From: Takakia lepidozioides
Lineage: Eukaryota; Plantae; Bryophyta
Reading direction: 5' to 3'
Length of the DNA: 64,000 nucleotides
Assembly: GCA_030704615.1 (NCBI GenBank)
Contig: CM060734.1
Coordinates: 34,906,001-34,970,000 of the forward strand
The position numbers and the translations under genes are program-made. The notes below the pieces were generated by a model. The model had not been told where the DNA came from. It saw nothing but the letters and a program-made list of their open reading frames with translations, and did not search any database. How positions within the stretch are numbered: the stretch's first letter is position 1; each line of letters begins with the position of its first letter. Below are positions 1-15,775 of the stretch, one piece after another.

Positions 1-23
1 TTCTGGTAGCTTAAATCGGTGCG

Positions 24-48
24 GAGAGAGAGAGAGAGAGGGAGAGAG
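24..48 (+). repeat. (GA)n microsatellite
   Basis: gagagagagagagagagggagagag. Confidence 0.8.
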
Positions 49-2381
49 GCTGTGCAAGAGAAGCGGAAGTGGGTAAAGAGCACATGGTTAGACACTATCA
101 AATGTTGAAGGTAATGGAGAGAAATATGAGAAGTAAGGCCATAGTCTGTCTGTGACAAATCATCCAAGCAGATGACCCAACATTCCTGAAAATTAAATGC
201 TCTACTATGAGAGTTGCATTGACCCCTCCCTAGTCAGTCATATTGAGGGCAAAAATAAGAGTCAATGGTGGTCTGATGAGTATCTCTAAGCTGCATAGAG
301 TCAAGCTCTTTCTCTATAGTTGTCAATAGGATGCAATAGTTTTCACAACCTCATAAGGCCGTTGCTCAAGGTCGGACACTAGCTATGGCCATCTTGACAT
401 CTTTAAATGTCAACCGCAAATACTTCTTCGTCATCTTCACGGGCATCTTTAGGCCCATCAAAATATGAGATGACCGTGGTCTCGTGCTAGCTTCTTTCCT
501 CTAAGTATTGTCTAATCCTCATGTGATTGGTGGGGGTAGGGAAGGAAATCTTATCTTAAGCTAGCTGGAGCTTATCTTAACCTAGCTGAAATTTATCTTA
601 TATCAATAAATAAAGCTCATATGGTGCATTTAACACTTATAAAGGGTAATTTAATGAAGAGGGGAGGAAATTGTTTTGTTAACACTTAACACTTAACACT
701 TGCTAATGTAAACTACTAGGGAGTAAAAATTTCTTAATATTTTTAGCAGTTTAACACTTATAAAGATAACAATTAGACAGGGTGGACAGTAAAAACCCGA
801 GATAATGACAATACTTTTGGCCCTACTATTTTATTTTATTTTTCTTAAAAGAGGTTTCGTCGATGAAACTTCAAGAGTTTCACCCGAATTTTAAAACGCA
901 GAAGGTTTGTGCTAAGGGGATGCTAGAAATAGTTCCTCAATTGTTCTATCGTGAGCACATTCTTGTTTTGCCTTAAATATCTTCAGGATACATTCTAAGA
1001 ATATCCTGAATATACCCTTATGCACTTGGTTAGTTCAAACTCTAGGGTTGGCAGCATGAATTAAAAATCCAAGTGGTGATATTCCATTTTTATCCAACTA
1101 CGAAAATGTCAAGGCTCACATGAGCCACTCTAAAAGACCAATTCAGTCCACAAGCCCTCACATTCACTGTGGATTGGTGTAACATAAAACTATCCAAAAT
1201 AGCCCCCACTAAACTCCAACTCCTTCGTCCCCTACATCATCCTCAACAAACGCAAGATTGAAAGTGGCCATTTGGTCATCTTGTAAGTAGGTTCTTTTTA
1301 ATAGAGCCCTGCCGCCTATGGGGCAAGTACCCGCAAAGAGGCGAGGCTCTTATTTACACTAGCTCATGTTGGTGTCATATATATATATAGAGAGAGAGAG
1401 ATTGGTTTGGATACAGGTGGGTGTTGTGGTGTTGTGGAGCCGTCAATGCAGACCCACAGTCTTATAATTGACCACGTTCATGTGTTCTAGTCAAGGGGAA
1501 GCAAAGTTTGGCCGCCCACATTGTGTCTCTTGTACAGTGTTTCATTTTCCATTCAAAAGTCACCGGCGCGGCCACCTGTTAATTCTACCCAGCGCCCAGG
1601 TGGCGAAAAAACAAGCTGGCACCTCAGGAAAGGCCTGTATATGACAGGTGGCACATTCTAACAGGTCCATGATGGCACAACCCTGATATTCCACCACTGG
1701 CGCTTTCTGGCGATCTTTCTCAATTCCATGGAAGTCAGTGGGCCAGGGAAAGATGTGTGAAAAAGGGAGGGGATCTGTGCTCGCATGTGACTTTGTGACA
1801 TATACATATATATACCGTGGGAGATTAACCGGGTGTGGGTTCAAATAGCAGCATGTGTAAAGCGTGGTAGAGTAGCAGAATAGGGAATATGGAATGTGGG
1901 CATATGCTTCACAGTGTGTCTAAGTTAGTGACAAACTCTTTGACTGCTTCTCGCAGCGGCAGCGCACTTGGAGTCTTGTAAGAGACCGTGGCAACAAGTC
2001 AGCTCTGCGCGAGATCTGGGGAGCGTTGAATCGGCCCAGCCGACGACCACTGGCGGGCGCATGCGCAGACATCATCAGTGCCCAGTGCCCACCCACAATA
2101 TATGAGTGCAGCGCAACACTTGCATTTGCATTCAGGCATCCACTAGTGATAATAGTGATTTCCCACTTCTCTTTACTTCCGAGATTTGGCTGCCGAGCTC
2201 GGGGAATGCAACTGAGATTCTGAAAAACACTTCACAATCACCCCTCAATCGGAGTCTTCTCTGAACCGGAGTCTCTATTGTGTCGGAGGGGGGTAAGTTG
2301 CACGTGCATTCCTAGAAAGTGGTTCGTGTATTAGATTGTTGAGGAAGCCGGTGTTGTAGAGGTGGTGGACGCGTCTACAAG

Positions 2382-4891
<2,510 letters not shown>

Positions 4892-7244
4892 GATCTGGGT
4901 TCGCGGATTTACTTGTACATTGTAGATGGCCCTAATTCTTAGCAGCCCTGGGCATCGTAGTTCTGAAATTATTGATCTTGATGACAACTGCTCTTTTGGA
5001 AGAAGGTGGTGACGCAGCATTGGATCAATCTATAGCTGTATGCTTGACTTTGGGGTCAATTGGAGCATGCACTAGAACACAGGTAGGGCTTTTGTAGAAT
5101 TTGATTCAGGTTGTTAGAGTATCCGACAAAATGTATGAATGTTGAAACATTCATTCTAGCCGGTTCAAAGATTATAAAGTGGCTGTTGTGCGTTTTCATT
5201 AAATGGCAGTTGCATGTAGTTGTTCCACCCTGTTGGAGAATGGAGAAAGGTAAAGGTTTTACACTTCATGGCTGCAGGGAAAATCCCACCACTTTACTTT
5301 CCAGACCTTTTGTAACAAACCTCAGAAGAGGCCCAATGTATATCCTAGATATTACAGAGAGCAGCTGTCAGAGTGTTGGAATTTGGTTTCCTTTTTAACC
5401 ACCAAGCACCTGCGTACATCGCTGGCTTCAAACAATCACTGAATTGGCCACTGCAGGGCCTGGACTTGGCTCTTTATATGGTTAAGTGTGTGGATTGCTA
5501 AGACAGACAGCAGGCGCATTTAACAAGAAATGTCTCAGGTCCCATGGCTTGCTGCACACCTTCCAATGATCTCAAATACAAAACGTTATGAGAACACTAA
5601 TGTGAGTGACAGTTGCAGTACGGGGTTCCTCATTGCAGCTGCTGCGGCAGTGCTGCCATTCCAAAGCACTATCTAGAAGTTTGCCGCAGTGACTGTTCCT
5701 GCAGGGTACCGGAACTCAGGAAAGGTTGCCGGTGGAGACGTTTGTAGTAGATCTCCATATGCTAAACTGTCCTGCTGCAAAAACGGGAAGAATATCGATG
5801 CGATAGAACCATATGCTCGAAGTAGGGGAGAAACTGGAGGTCGTTTTGAAACATACATTTCTTGGAATTTAGATGAGAAAATTCAGAGCCATAGGTCGTG
5901 ACTTACTCGACTACTGACCGATGTTGCAAGACAATAAACCAAGGCCACTGCAAGAAAAGACGAAAGCTCTTGCTCTCTTGAATATTGCTCCTGCCTCTGC
6001 CCACCATGCCACTGTGAATTAAATGTGTGGGTGCTGGTGTAGCCCTCAAGCACCCAAGTTAGCCATCACATTATAGAGTCTCCGCCTGATGAGGGTAGCC
6101 ATCACGTTTAACCAGTTTGCAAATGATGGTATGTTACACTTCATATAAACTCACTCTCCTCTCTTCACTTTCCTGGCAGAAACAATAGGTGAATGGTCTC
6201 TCACAATCATGTATGCAAAGTTTTCGCTCTAGCATTCAAAGACAGTATCTTGCGGGCGACCTGTAAATCTCAACAGAAGTAGTGGTCTACCCGAGCACCA
6301 CTTCGTGTAAGGCTCAAGGTTTCACGAAACCTCTTGGTGAGTGTTCTGCGGCATTGAATAATTGTACTAGCGTTGGGCGCAATTGCTGTGCATCAGGAGA
6401 TGACAGGTGCTGACGGTGACACAAGGACACGTTGCTTGCAATGATCACTTGGTGGTTTGCTACATCACTCATGAGGCCCTGTGGGATGATAATCAGACTT
6501 GCAAAACATCTTATTGTGCAATAGAGAGAAAAAAAGAACGCTCCAGAATATTCTTAGAAAAAGCTCGTCTCTCGTCCCTAGATAAATGTCCACGGGAGGA
6601 AAACAGTCATTGAAGTGATCTCTCTTCCCAGTTATGTGCCTTCAAAGTGCACTTACAGCTTTGTGGTACATTTGTAATGATTTGGAGTGCACTCTTTCTT
6701 TGGACTCAACAACAAAATGGGCACTTAGCAGACTAGGGGAACTTATTCGATTAGATTCCTCAAAATCGTTTCCAGTGTCCTGGTAATTGGCGAATACCTT
6801 TGAGCTAGCCATCATCACACTGAAGGACTTATTATAATCATCCGACCTTAAACATTTACACATGAAGATTTTATCATCTCCACAGAGAGATATGTCGTTG
6901 CTAGTTGCTACCTAGACCCTGGGGGAAGAGCCACCAATTGGCAAGTGTTATACAAAGGGCATGAAGTGAGGGCTGTCATTGAAACAGCCCTACCTCAGTC
7001 TGAGTTTGATTGGATCTGCAGTCTAAAACTTAAAACTCTCCTTTGGTTTTTTCCTAGTTCAGATTTCTGACCCATCAAATGAGGTCCCTAGTCCCTACAT
7101 ACGGAGCTACATCAATCAGAGCTGTGCCTCATTGAGCTCCTATGCCTGTATTCCTTCTCTTTGAACAGCAAATGAAGGCATGCAGGCATAGAAGCTCAAT
7201 TAATGGCTTGTTTCAGTTCCTGTATCTGCTGCATTTTTTTAACT

Positions 7245-10200
7245 TCAGAACAATCTCTTGCGTAGCCTGCTAAAACTAGTTGATCGGCTGGAGTCCGGGG
7301 CACCAGCAAGCACAAACTCACTCCCTGTTTTGCCCGCTGCTCGTCTCTGTGAAACTGCACCAGGATCTTGTGGGCAGCCTGCAGTGAGTACAAATATGGT
7401 AGCAATTTCGATCAGTTTCAGCATGTGGGAATATGTGTACCTAGTCCAGGGAAGAGTACATGAGTATCAGTAGAAGACAGCCTATACTTCTGAGAACGTC
7501 CTGCACACCTTAGCACATTCATACCAGCACTGGCAGGGTATCCACCTAATAACAATGGAAAAAGCTCTTGCTATCTACAATACGAATTAATACCAAGAAC
7601 CATGAAAAGATGTATCCACTATCGTCTTCACATCTTGACTAGAAATGTGAGCATAGCTGTGAAAGTCTTACCAAGCTTGTGAGATTCAAAACTCTCCTTG
7701 GAGGCAGGCGGTGACGTATATGTCGAGTGTGCAAAGCGTGGAAAGTCCTCATCGAGGCAGCTGCTGGTCCGAGTCCCATCAGACGTTGATGAGGGCGACG
7801 TCTGATCCTGACCCTGGCTGTCACGCGACACAGAGAAGATGGACTCCTTGTCTGAATGTTCAGCTTCTTCCTCGCGCCCTCCTTGACCTGCCCACATGCA
7901 TCAACAGCAGATATATACATCAGATTCTAGAGCCAGACAGAAGAGACTTGGAATGAGGGAGAGAGTACTGATGTGGAACTTGGTGGAAGAATAGAACAAC
8001 GAAGTGCCTCATGAAAGTAAGCTTCCACTTAGGGATTTGCCCTTCTGAATTTGGAACCTCACCAGACTGCAGGTTTGCCTCCCCATAGATTGCTGTGCTC
8101 AATTCTGAAACATTCAGCTCATCTTGAACTTTTCGCACTGCAGTGAAAGACAAGCACAACTTCACATCAAGACAAGCACTTATGGAACGTAGTAAATGGA
8201 GCTATAGCTCCCAGGTTTTTCAGGTCTAACACCTGGCCGCACATGCTGCCCAAGATGCAAACTTCCCAAGGCCAGAGAGGAAACATATGACATTTTCTGA
8301 CAGTCAAACACAAATATCAAGCAAAACTATTACTTCTGGGTTAAGAGCAAGAATGCCATACACTGATTGAATAAACCATTTCTCCCCAGTGAACCAGAAC
8401 CCACAAGCAACACATTCGTCATCTCTGTATCCCTTGAAGAAGCAAAATCCAGGTTCTCAGTGTCCAAAAGTATTCCTGCCAGCTGCAATACATTTGCAGA
8501 CAACCATTAGGGATGATACACGACACAGTCTACAACGCTCCCTAAAACATGCCACATAGCATTGTTCGTACACATAACAGATCAAGGACAGATTGCTTCA
8601 AGTCACGGTTTCGAGCATCCATACCAGAAGTGTCTTCATGTACCGCACTTGTAACAGAGAATGAGCCTCCACTAGTAACCTCTCCGCAATAAGTGTGCAG
8701 CATGACCCAACCTATCAGCAGGCAAGTAAAGTGGCTTATCAATCAGAGCTATATCTCTATACTCATATTTCCCCAAGCAGTACATTTCCACAGCAGAAAG
8801 CAAGAAAGAAAGGAAGAAAGAAGGAAGTACAAACTTTATTACATCCATGGAAGGCCCAGAAGATCCGAGGGACAGAGGAGTAGAAACCAGTTCTGAGATA
8901 ATCGTATAAGTATGTCCACAGGGTCCCAGAGGACCCATGGCGAAATGTAGAACAAGGAGAAAAACCACATCAAAGACACCAAACCTAACCTCTTCAAGCT
9001 AATCTGCCAAGCACTTCTGGCCCTCATGAAAAGGGCAAAGATGGGCTTCTTTTGTTGCACCCAAGGAGTGGATGGACTGCATCTGAGAAAAAGACCAAAG
9101 GAAGAGGGACAGGAGACATGTGGAAGGTACTTACTTCATTGTGTGTTGCAAATAAATGTTGGCCAATGACTGTGATCTTTAGGCGTCCTGCCTTCAGTAG
9201 ACTTTCCAATGCAACCTGCAAAGTGACAAACATTACAATACAAACATTTATCATCTCCATCTCTATACTCTCTCCTGACTTTCTCATCAGCTACAAGCTG
9301 CATGAGGTGGTTATGAAGAGTCACATCAAGACCAGGATTTCAACTGAAAAACGACTCAACACAAGCATTACCTCATCAGAGAAAAGCAAAGCACGGTAAT
9401 CAATGCCACAAGAATCAAAGAGCCACACAGCGTCCTTGTGCTGCAGCATGTCTTGCCGAGGAATATTGATGACCGGGACTGCATGCCACGTGGTGCCTCT
9501 GACGGAGGAAACTGAGCTCTGCAGAAACCATGCAGTGCAAAGGGCCGCCACCATGGAGCTTACTTCTGCCACCCAGGAGATATCACTATCAAACCTTCAC
9601 TTCAAGGATGTGATAAATATCAGTGTGAAACACCAGCTCATCCATCCTATGTCTTAGTCCAAAACTCAACAGGAACCTATCAATCAGTTCATTGATACAT
9701 ACAGTGGAAATTTGTAAACTCTACACTATCAAAAGGGGCGATACACTCAAAACTCTGACAATTTTAGGAAGCTACAAAAAGAAGATTGCCTAAAAACTCC
9801 AAATGTGCAGGCAGATAGACATCTCATTAAATCGCTTGTGCTACATTAATAACGCAGCCAATTTCAAATACTCTTAAGCTTTTCCAAGACAGGTATGGAT
9901 GCTACCTATGCAACCAAAATCAGTCACTTAACAGATCTAAAACTATAACAGTGGCTGTTATGGGAGAAGGGGATATTTCATACCGGAGTCTGTTCCAGAA
10001 AGGATGATTTGGAAGCATTCCCCAACTTCTGAATGTAAGGCATTGAGGAGTTGCTTCTTTTGTGTTCTCAAGAACTTATTGAAATCCTCAATCTCCCTGC
10101 ATTTGAAGACAGATTTTAAGGGTGTGATATCTGGTAACGACCTTGTATGAGAAGATTCCCGAATTGAGTTGTGTTCCTGTGGCAGTGACGGAGGCAGGCA

Positions 10201-13095
10201 GAAGCTCCCTTCAAGTTGTTCCATTGAGGAACTGCCTTCCCTACAAGAACTTTGACAATTTACAGTGGTATTCGAATCCACAAGAGCTGGACCTTCCTTC
10301 CATGTTTCCGTTACCCTGGTGGAGTTGGTGGCAGGTTCATCAAGAGATGAGGACTGATGGGTGGCTGGGGTAGCTATTTGCAGCCGCAATGTTGAGGGCT
10401 GTAAGTCTTCATATTGAGAACTTTTCCCTGTACTACAGTAACTATAGAACCCTTGCGCACCATCACTTGAGATGGATCGCCCGCTGGATGAGGATGCAGG
10501 TGCCCCATATTGCAGTGTAGTCAGAGACTCATTATTCCTTTCCTGATTTACCTCTTGGAGTTGCTCGTTGGGTGAGGAGACAGTGACCGGATGGTCCAAT
10601 AGGAGCAAAAGAAGAGACGAAGCATCACTTCCCTTGTCATTTACAGCACTAGGTTTGGACGCTAACAATCTCCTTGGCGGCACCAACAACTCCTGGGCGT
10701 CTCGTGTGGGCAGTCGGGGCTGACTGGGAGTGAAGGGAGCCGCACTGGTGTTTCCTGACCCCCAAGAGGTGCTCCTCCTATGAGTTGAGGCCCTTCTTGC
10801 AGTGGATTCTTTCTCATGGGTCAAGTGACTTGCGAATCTGGCTGATCCATAGTGAGTACCATGCGCTGTAATCTGTGAGCCTATCATTGTTTCCTGATCA
10901 AGCTCCATGGAAGTGGTCACCATCTGTGTGCTGCTGTCAATGCCCAACCGTTCACTGACTTTGGTGGTCTCTCTCATTTTCCATCTCTTAAACGACCATG
11001 AGCGGTGGGGTTTTTTCCCAAGTTTTGTTTCCTTTGGATTGACTTGTTCTTGGGTTTGTACTGGTGGAGTACCATAATTTCTATCATTGCTTTGTATGTT
11101 TCTATGTGATGACATAGAAGGCATCTCCATTGTACTGGGATCCAAAGTATTGTGCGACTGTGGATCGCAAAGCACCATCTTTCTGGTGGAGCTTGTCAAA
11201 ACCTTCTTTGCCATAGCCTTGTCTGTCTGTTTGGCTCCAGAGACGGGGCCGCCTTGCTTTCCTGAATTTGTTGCTGACTTTGAAACCTCTGTCCCCACTG
11301 CTGAACTCCAGCCCCGCATCCGTAACCGTCGTAACAGCCTAGAACCAAGAGACTCACCAGGAACGCCCCTTGAGTTTTTCCTTGCACTTTCTCTTTCAGA
11401 CGGATTTCTAGGAGAAGCCTCTGCATCACTTGGTGAAGGCCTCATGTGGGAAGGGGACCCACCGAACCCAGGACGTTTTATCAAAGCAGTGCCACTATTC
11501 CCCTGTGAGTCCAACTGGGTAGATTTTGCTGCAGATTGTTCCTGGTGCTCACTTGACTTTGACACAGACTCCTTAATTCTGATTTGCGACAGCGACTGGG
11601 TCTTTCCAGGAAAAATGTCGCCTCTCTGGATAGCAGGCTCCACCTTGGTGACATGAATAACTAGTTCTGCAGGTGAGGTTAGCTGGATTTGGGGGCTGGA
11701 TTTACAGTTGGCGTCAAGGAGAGATAGAGGAAGAGCTGGAGACGGAATGTCACATGCTGCTTCAGGTGAGGAAAAACATGGAGAATTAAGACGCGCTGAA
11801 TACATATCTTTTACCGATCCATCTTCTATACGGGCCGTACAAGAAGCGTCCTCATAGCTGACCTCCCTGTGCTGAGACAATTGCAAATCATCCAAGGAGT
11901 GAATCGTTGCATGACTTGACCATGTGTCCCCAAGGAGAAGACGTTGGCTGACACTCGACAGCTCAGCCCTGCGAGATGATGGCACGCAAGAGTCGTCGTC
12001 CTCATCAGAAGAGCACTGCACGGGCATGCGCTTGGTCATGCGCATCGACTGTCCTATCCGGGATCTCCGAAGATCACCAGCCCCGGAGGTAGGTGGTGTT
12101 TCGTCGACAGCTTTCGGCTGTTCTTTAGGGGCCTGGTGCCATGGTAAAGTGAAGCCTGAGAAGGAAGGAGTTCCATCATCCTTGCGCTGTTCTTTGATGC
12201 CCTCCTGCCATGTTGCTCCAGCTAAGGCGGTTAAGGCACCGGGTACCTGTAACTATCGCATTTGATCAGAGCAACGTTCATTAGAGTAAGGCAACACTTG
12301 CAGTCCTCTTGAATCTCGATACATACAAAGTCATCATGCTTCACTATATGTTCAAACTATTGATGCAACTTTAGAGCACCAGACTCAAGTACAAGGAGAG
12401 AAGGCCTCAGCTGTCAGCCATTTGAACTCCTGAGCAACAGGGTTTTGTACAAGCGCTTGCAAGCTCACATATTGCTCACTTGCTCACAACTTGCAGGCTT
12501 TCGAATATGACCGGATGTCACACTAGAGAACTCAGGTGCAAATCTATCCGAAGGATACGAGCTCTATCTAGCAAATTTAGCAAACTTGGTCATTTACCAG
12601 CAGAATTGGTTTGACCATTCCCCGACCGTTTATGGCGTAAAATTTCTAAACTGCAATCCCCAGCTTACTTTAACAATCAACATGCAATGAATGGATCTAC
12701 ACATGAATGATCTAATTTTGAATCTTGACTCTGTCTTCCACGAGAGGTCTTCATGTCACAGGGGGTGTTCACAACGGGTCGGCAATTGAGGACTAGCAGG
12801 CTATTGTAAGTCTCCATGCCTAGAGGACCACCTGATCGGAACCAAGAGTTTGGAATGTCTAGTACTGAACCAAAAGTCCGAGCGGAAACAAAAATAGTCC
12901 TTGCAATGAATGGTACAGACTAGCACATGGAACGCATTGTACCTGGTCCATCCTCGCAGCCAAATTGGCAGTGAACTCTTTGGCAGACGAGCTGAAATTG
13001 GAACCGAGTACCACAGCAGAGTTCCACCAGCTTGGATCCCGCGATCTCCATGACAATGTCCTCCTATGTCGAACTTGTATACCTTGCCCGTCCAT
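7245..13095 (-). CDS. Plant PRUNE/DHH-phosphoesterase-like protein with long low-complexity N-terminus, 9 exons, ~1107 aa
   Basis: Exons (minus) 13095-12943, 12246-9984, 9565-9372, 9215-9135, 8711-8625, 8482-8362, 8137-8063, 7887-7672, 7378-7245. GT..AG introns with consistent phases. The C-terminal part shows PRUNE-type motifs: ILSGTDSEVSSMVAA, VPVINIPR, LLFSDEV, VGSCCTLIAE, LLLAGILLDTENL. First and last exons are less certain. Confidence 0.8.
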
Positions 13096-14854
13096 CCTCT
13101 CTCTCTGGTTCTAGGTCCGCTGCACCTCCCGCGGAGATAAAAAATACTAAATTTCTCTCTCTCTTTCTCGCCCTCCTCCCCCTTACAGTCAAACAGAAAT
13201 AGTGGGTGGTTCTACAAGCGCCTGCACCGCCTGGTCGTATGTAAATGGCGTGCATCCCCGGAGATCAGTCCCACAAAGTTGGCACTCCAATCTCGAGCTC
13301 GGTAGACTTTCAGTGGAACCGTTCCTTCGCTCTATACTCCTGTTTTCCGCACGAGCTTCGTTATTAGATCACCAACACCCTCCTGGGCTTGTGTCGCTGG
13401 TGACGACTGTGGGCAAAAGCTGAGAGGCAAGCAGATGAAGAATCTGAAAGCAACTGTGAATTTTGTTTTCTCTTTCTATCTTCCGAGCTTTCTGAGCTTG
13501 CGAGAGTAGAACAGCCTATCGACAACGAGATCCGAGGTGAGAGAAGCAGCAGGCTACTGACAATAACAATGAGAGGGCAGAAGACAAAATCCTGTCAGCT
13601 GCCTCCCCACTTTTGCTTCCTTTCTTTCCCCCACTTTCCCTACTCAAATAACTCCCTTTTTGTGCCTACTTATCTCATACATAAAAGTTAAAGTATGTAT
13701 GTTTATAGAAAGCACCCGAAGCTGCAACAATACCTCGCTTCTCCAGGGATGCTTTGTATCTACTACTCGCCCTCCTCCATCAGATCTGGAACCCAGCACC
13801 AGCCCGTCCCAGCTGGACGATCCCAAACTACAAACAAACAAATACCAACAGGATTGCATGCAATAATGACATAAACTTGCTCGCAGGATCTGCCAACGGG
13901 GCCTGTCACACACACACCCTGGGGCCCAGTGACCGGACGGTGACGGGACGGGACCCACGGACGGACAGAATGCAAGCCTGTCCGCCCCACTCCCGCGGTT
14001 ACACCTGTGACGGACGTCGCCAGCCGTCACCGTTCTGCCCACGTCAGGGACTGGGGTACGTACATGCATCGTTTTTCCCGGTCAGTATTGTACACGTACC
14101 ATCGTACGTGTACGTATGAGGAGAGTAGACGGGGTTTCGGTCTGTTGACGGACGTCGGACACAGAAGCCCAATTCCGCACAAGGGCTGCCTGACTTTACC
14201 CGGAAATGTTTGACTCGCATGTTCATCCACAAAAAGCTGTCCATCCGAGCACTGCATCCCACATCGGGCAATGTTCCATCCGTTACCGGCGCCCAAAAGG
14301 CACACACGGGTTGAATGTTTTCTGTTGACCATCACTCCGCCGCACGTGCTTTTCCCGGACGTCATCGGCCGATTTACGACGCCGTCCCCGTCCGCCGGGC
14401 GAGTAGTGCCGCGTAGGTAGGCGTAGACGACCGCGCGGAGGGTGCGGTGTGGGGCCGCGTGCAGGCGGCGCGGCACAGCGAGGCTTGCGCAGAAAGCATG
14501 GCAGCCTTGACTTTGCTTGCGCGCTCTACTTACTCACATGTTGTCTGCGCTCTGCGACTGCGCGCGATGACAAATACAAAACTAAACTACGCAGAGCGGA
14601 GCACGGCAGAGCAAACATGTGGGATAGCAGCGACTGTGCGGTTGAATTAGCGGCGGCGCCGCACGGCGGAAGGGGAGTAGAGTAAAGAGTGCGGAGTAAA
14701 GAGGGCGGGTTGGCGAGCGCGGCATCAATTGTCCCGCACTCGCGGCTCTGTTGCACGGCACTGACCAACTTACATTGGAACCTTCTTTTTAAATGTATAT
14801 ATATATTAAAAACAAATATTAAATGTATACTGGGTCGGATTTATAAGAACAGCG

Positions 14855-15775
14855 CTGAAATTCCAATATCATTCGGACATGCAATATTTTTTATCAATTC
14901 TACCACAGTGTAATATTTTCCAGTAAAATTCCAGGGCCTCTGTCCCCTGTTCTGTAAGAAAAAGAAAAAGAAATCCTCCCCTTTCCCCAAAAATAAAAAT
15001 AAAAATAAATTAATTCAGGTAACATTTGGTTGCCCATATTTGAGGGAAAATGGAATTGAGTGACCAGTGGGTAATATGACCAAGCTGTGTATGGAATACA
15101 TTTCAAGTTATTCGATGTTATCCGGACACCGATTTGCAATCAAGCTGATTCCGGAAAAGACTGATGCATCACTTTGTGATACGGTTCTAATGAAATAATT
15201 ATTGGGCGATACATGTCGATCTGACTCAGCGGCTAACTAATACACGATAGGGTATGCGCTTGGTTCATCGCTCTGCCCTCTTAGGAGGGGTTATGTTTGC
15301 CTATCACTGTCATCAGCGTGTGTGTTTAAACTTTTTCCCTCGGTAATTCCATATAAAAATTTTGTTCGTGCTATCCGTCACGGTCACGTCTCCGTGAGCT
15401 AAGCATTATGGCAGCCTTCGGGCAACACGGGTTTTAATTTGTTTCCCTTCAATAATTCGAATGAAATTCCTCCCAGGGCCATGACCCCTGTTATTTTTAT
15501 TTATTTTTAAAATTGTTACAGGGCCACTGTCCCCTGTTTTCCTAAAATTTTAAGGAAAATACATGGATATCGCAGAAAATGGCGGAGTGGCAGAGTAGGC
15601 GGTATCGCAGAAATTCCAATATCATTCGGCCATGCAATATTTTTATCATGCTACCGCAGTGTAAAAAATTATAAATTCCTTTAATAACTCGGATATGTAA
15701 GATCTTGACATTTGGTTGCATGTATTTAAGGGGAAATGGAATTGATTGACCACAGGTAATACGGCCCACAGTAAT
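14855..15775. repeat. Dispersed direct duplications, probably non-autonomous DNA-transposon subterminal sequence
   Basis: aaattccaatatcattcgg(a/c)catgcaatattttt..atc occurs at ~14858 and ~15610. catttggttgc..at..gggaaa..tggaattga occurs at ~15023 and ~15708. cagggcc...cccctgtt occurs at ~14932, ~15474 and ~15520. Confidence 0.5.

Noticed and set aside
5500-5901. GC-balanced stretch with 61-70 aa ORFs between the two converging genes
   Set aside because: No recognisable motif or convincing splice structure.
11087-12265. Plus-strand ORFs of 189 and 113 aa, and similar antisense ORFs over the DAHP synthase and PPR genes
   Set aside because: Antisense shadows of real coding exons.
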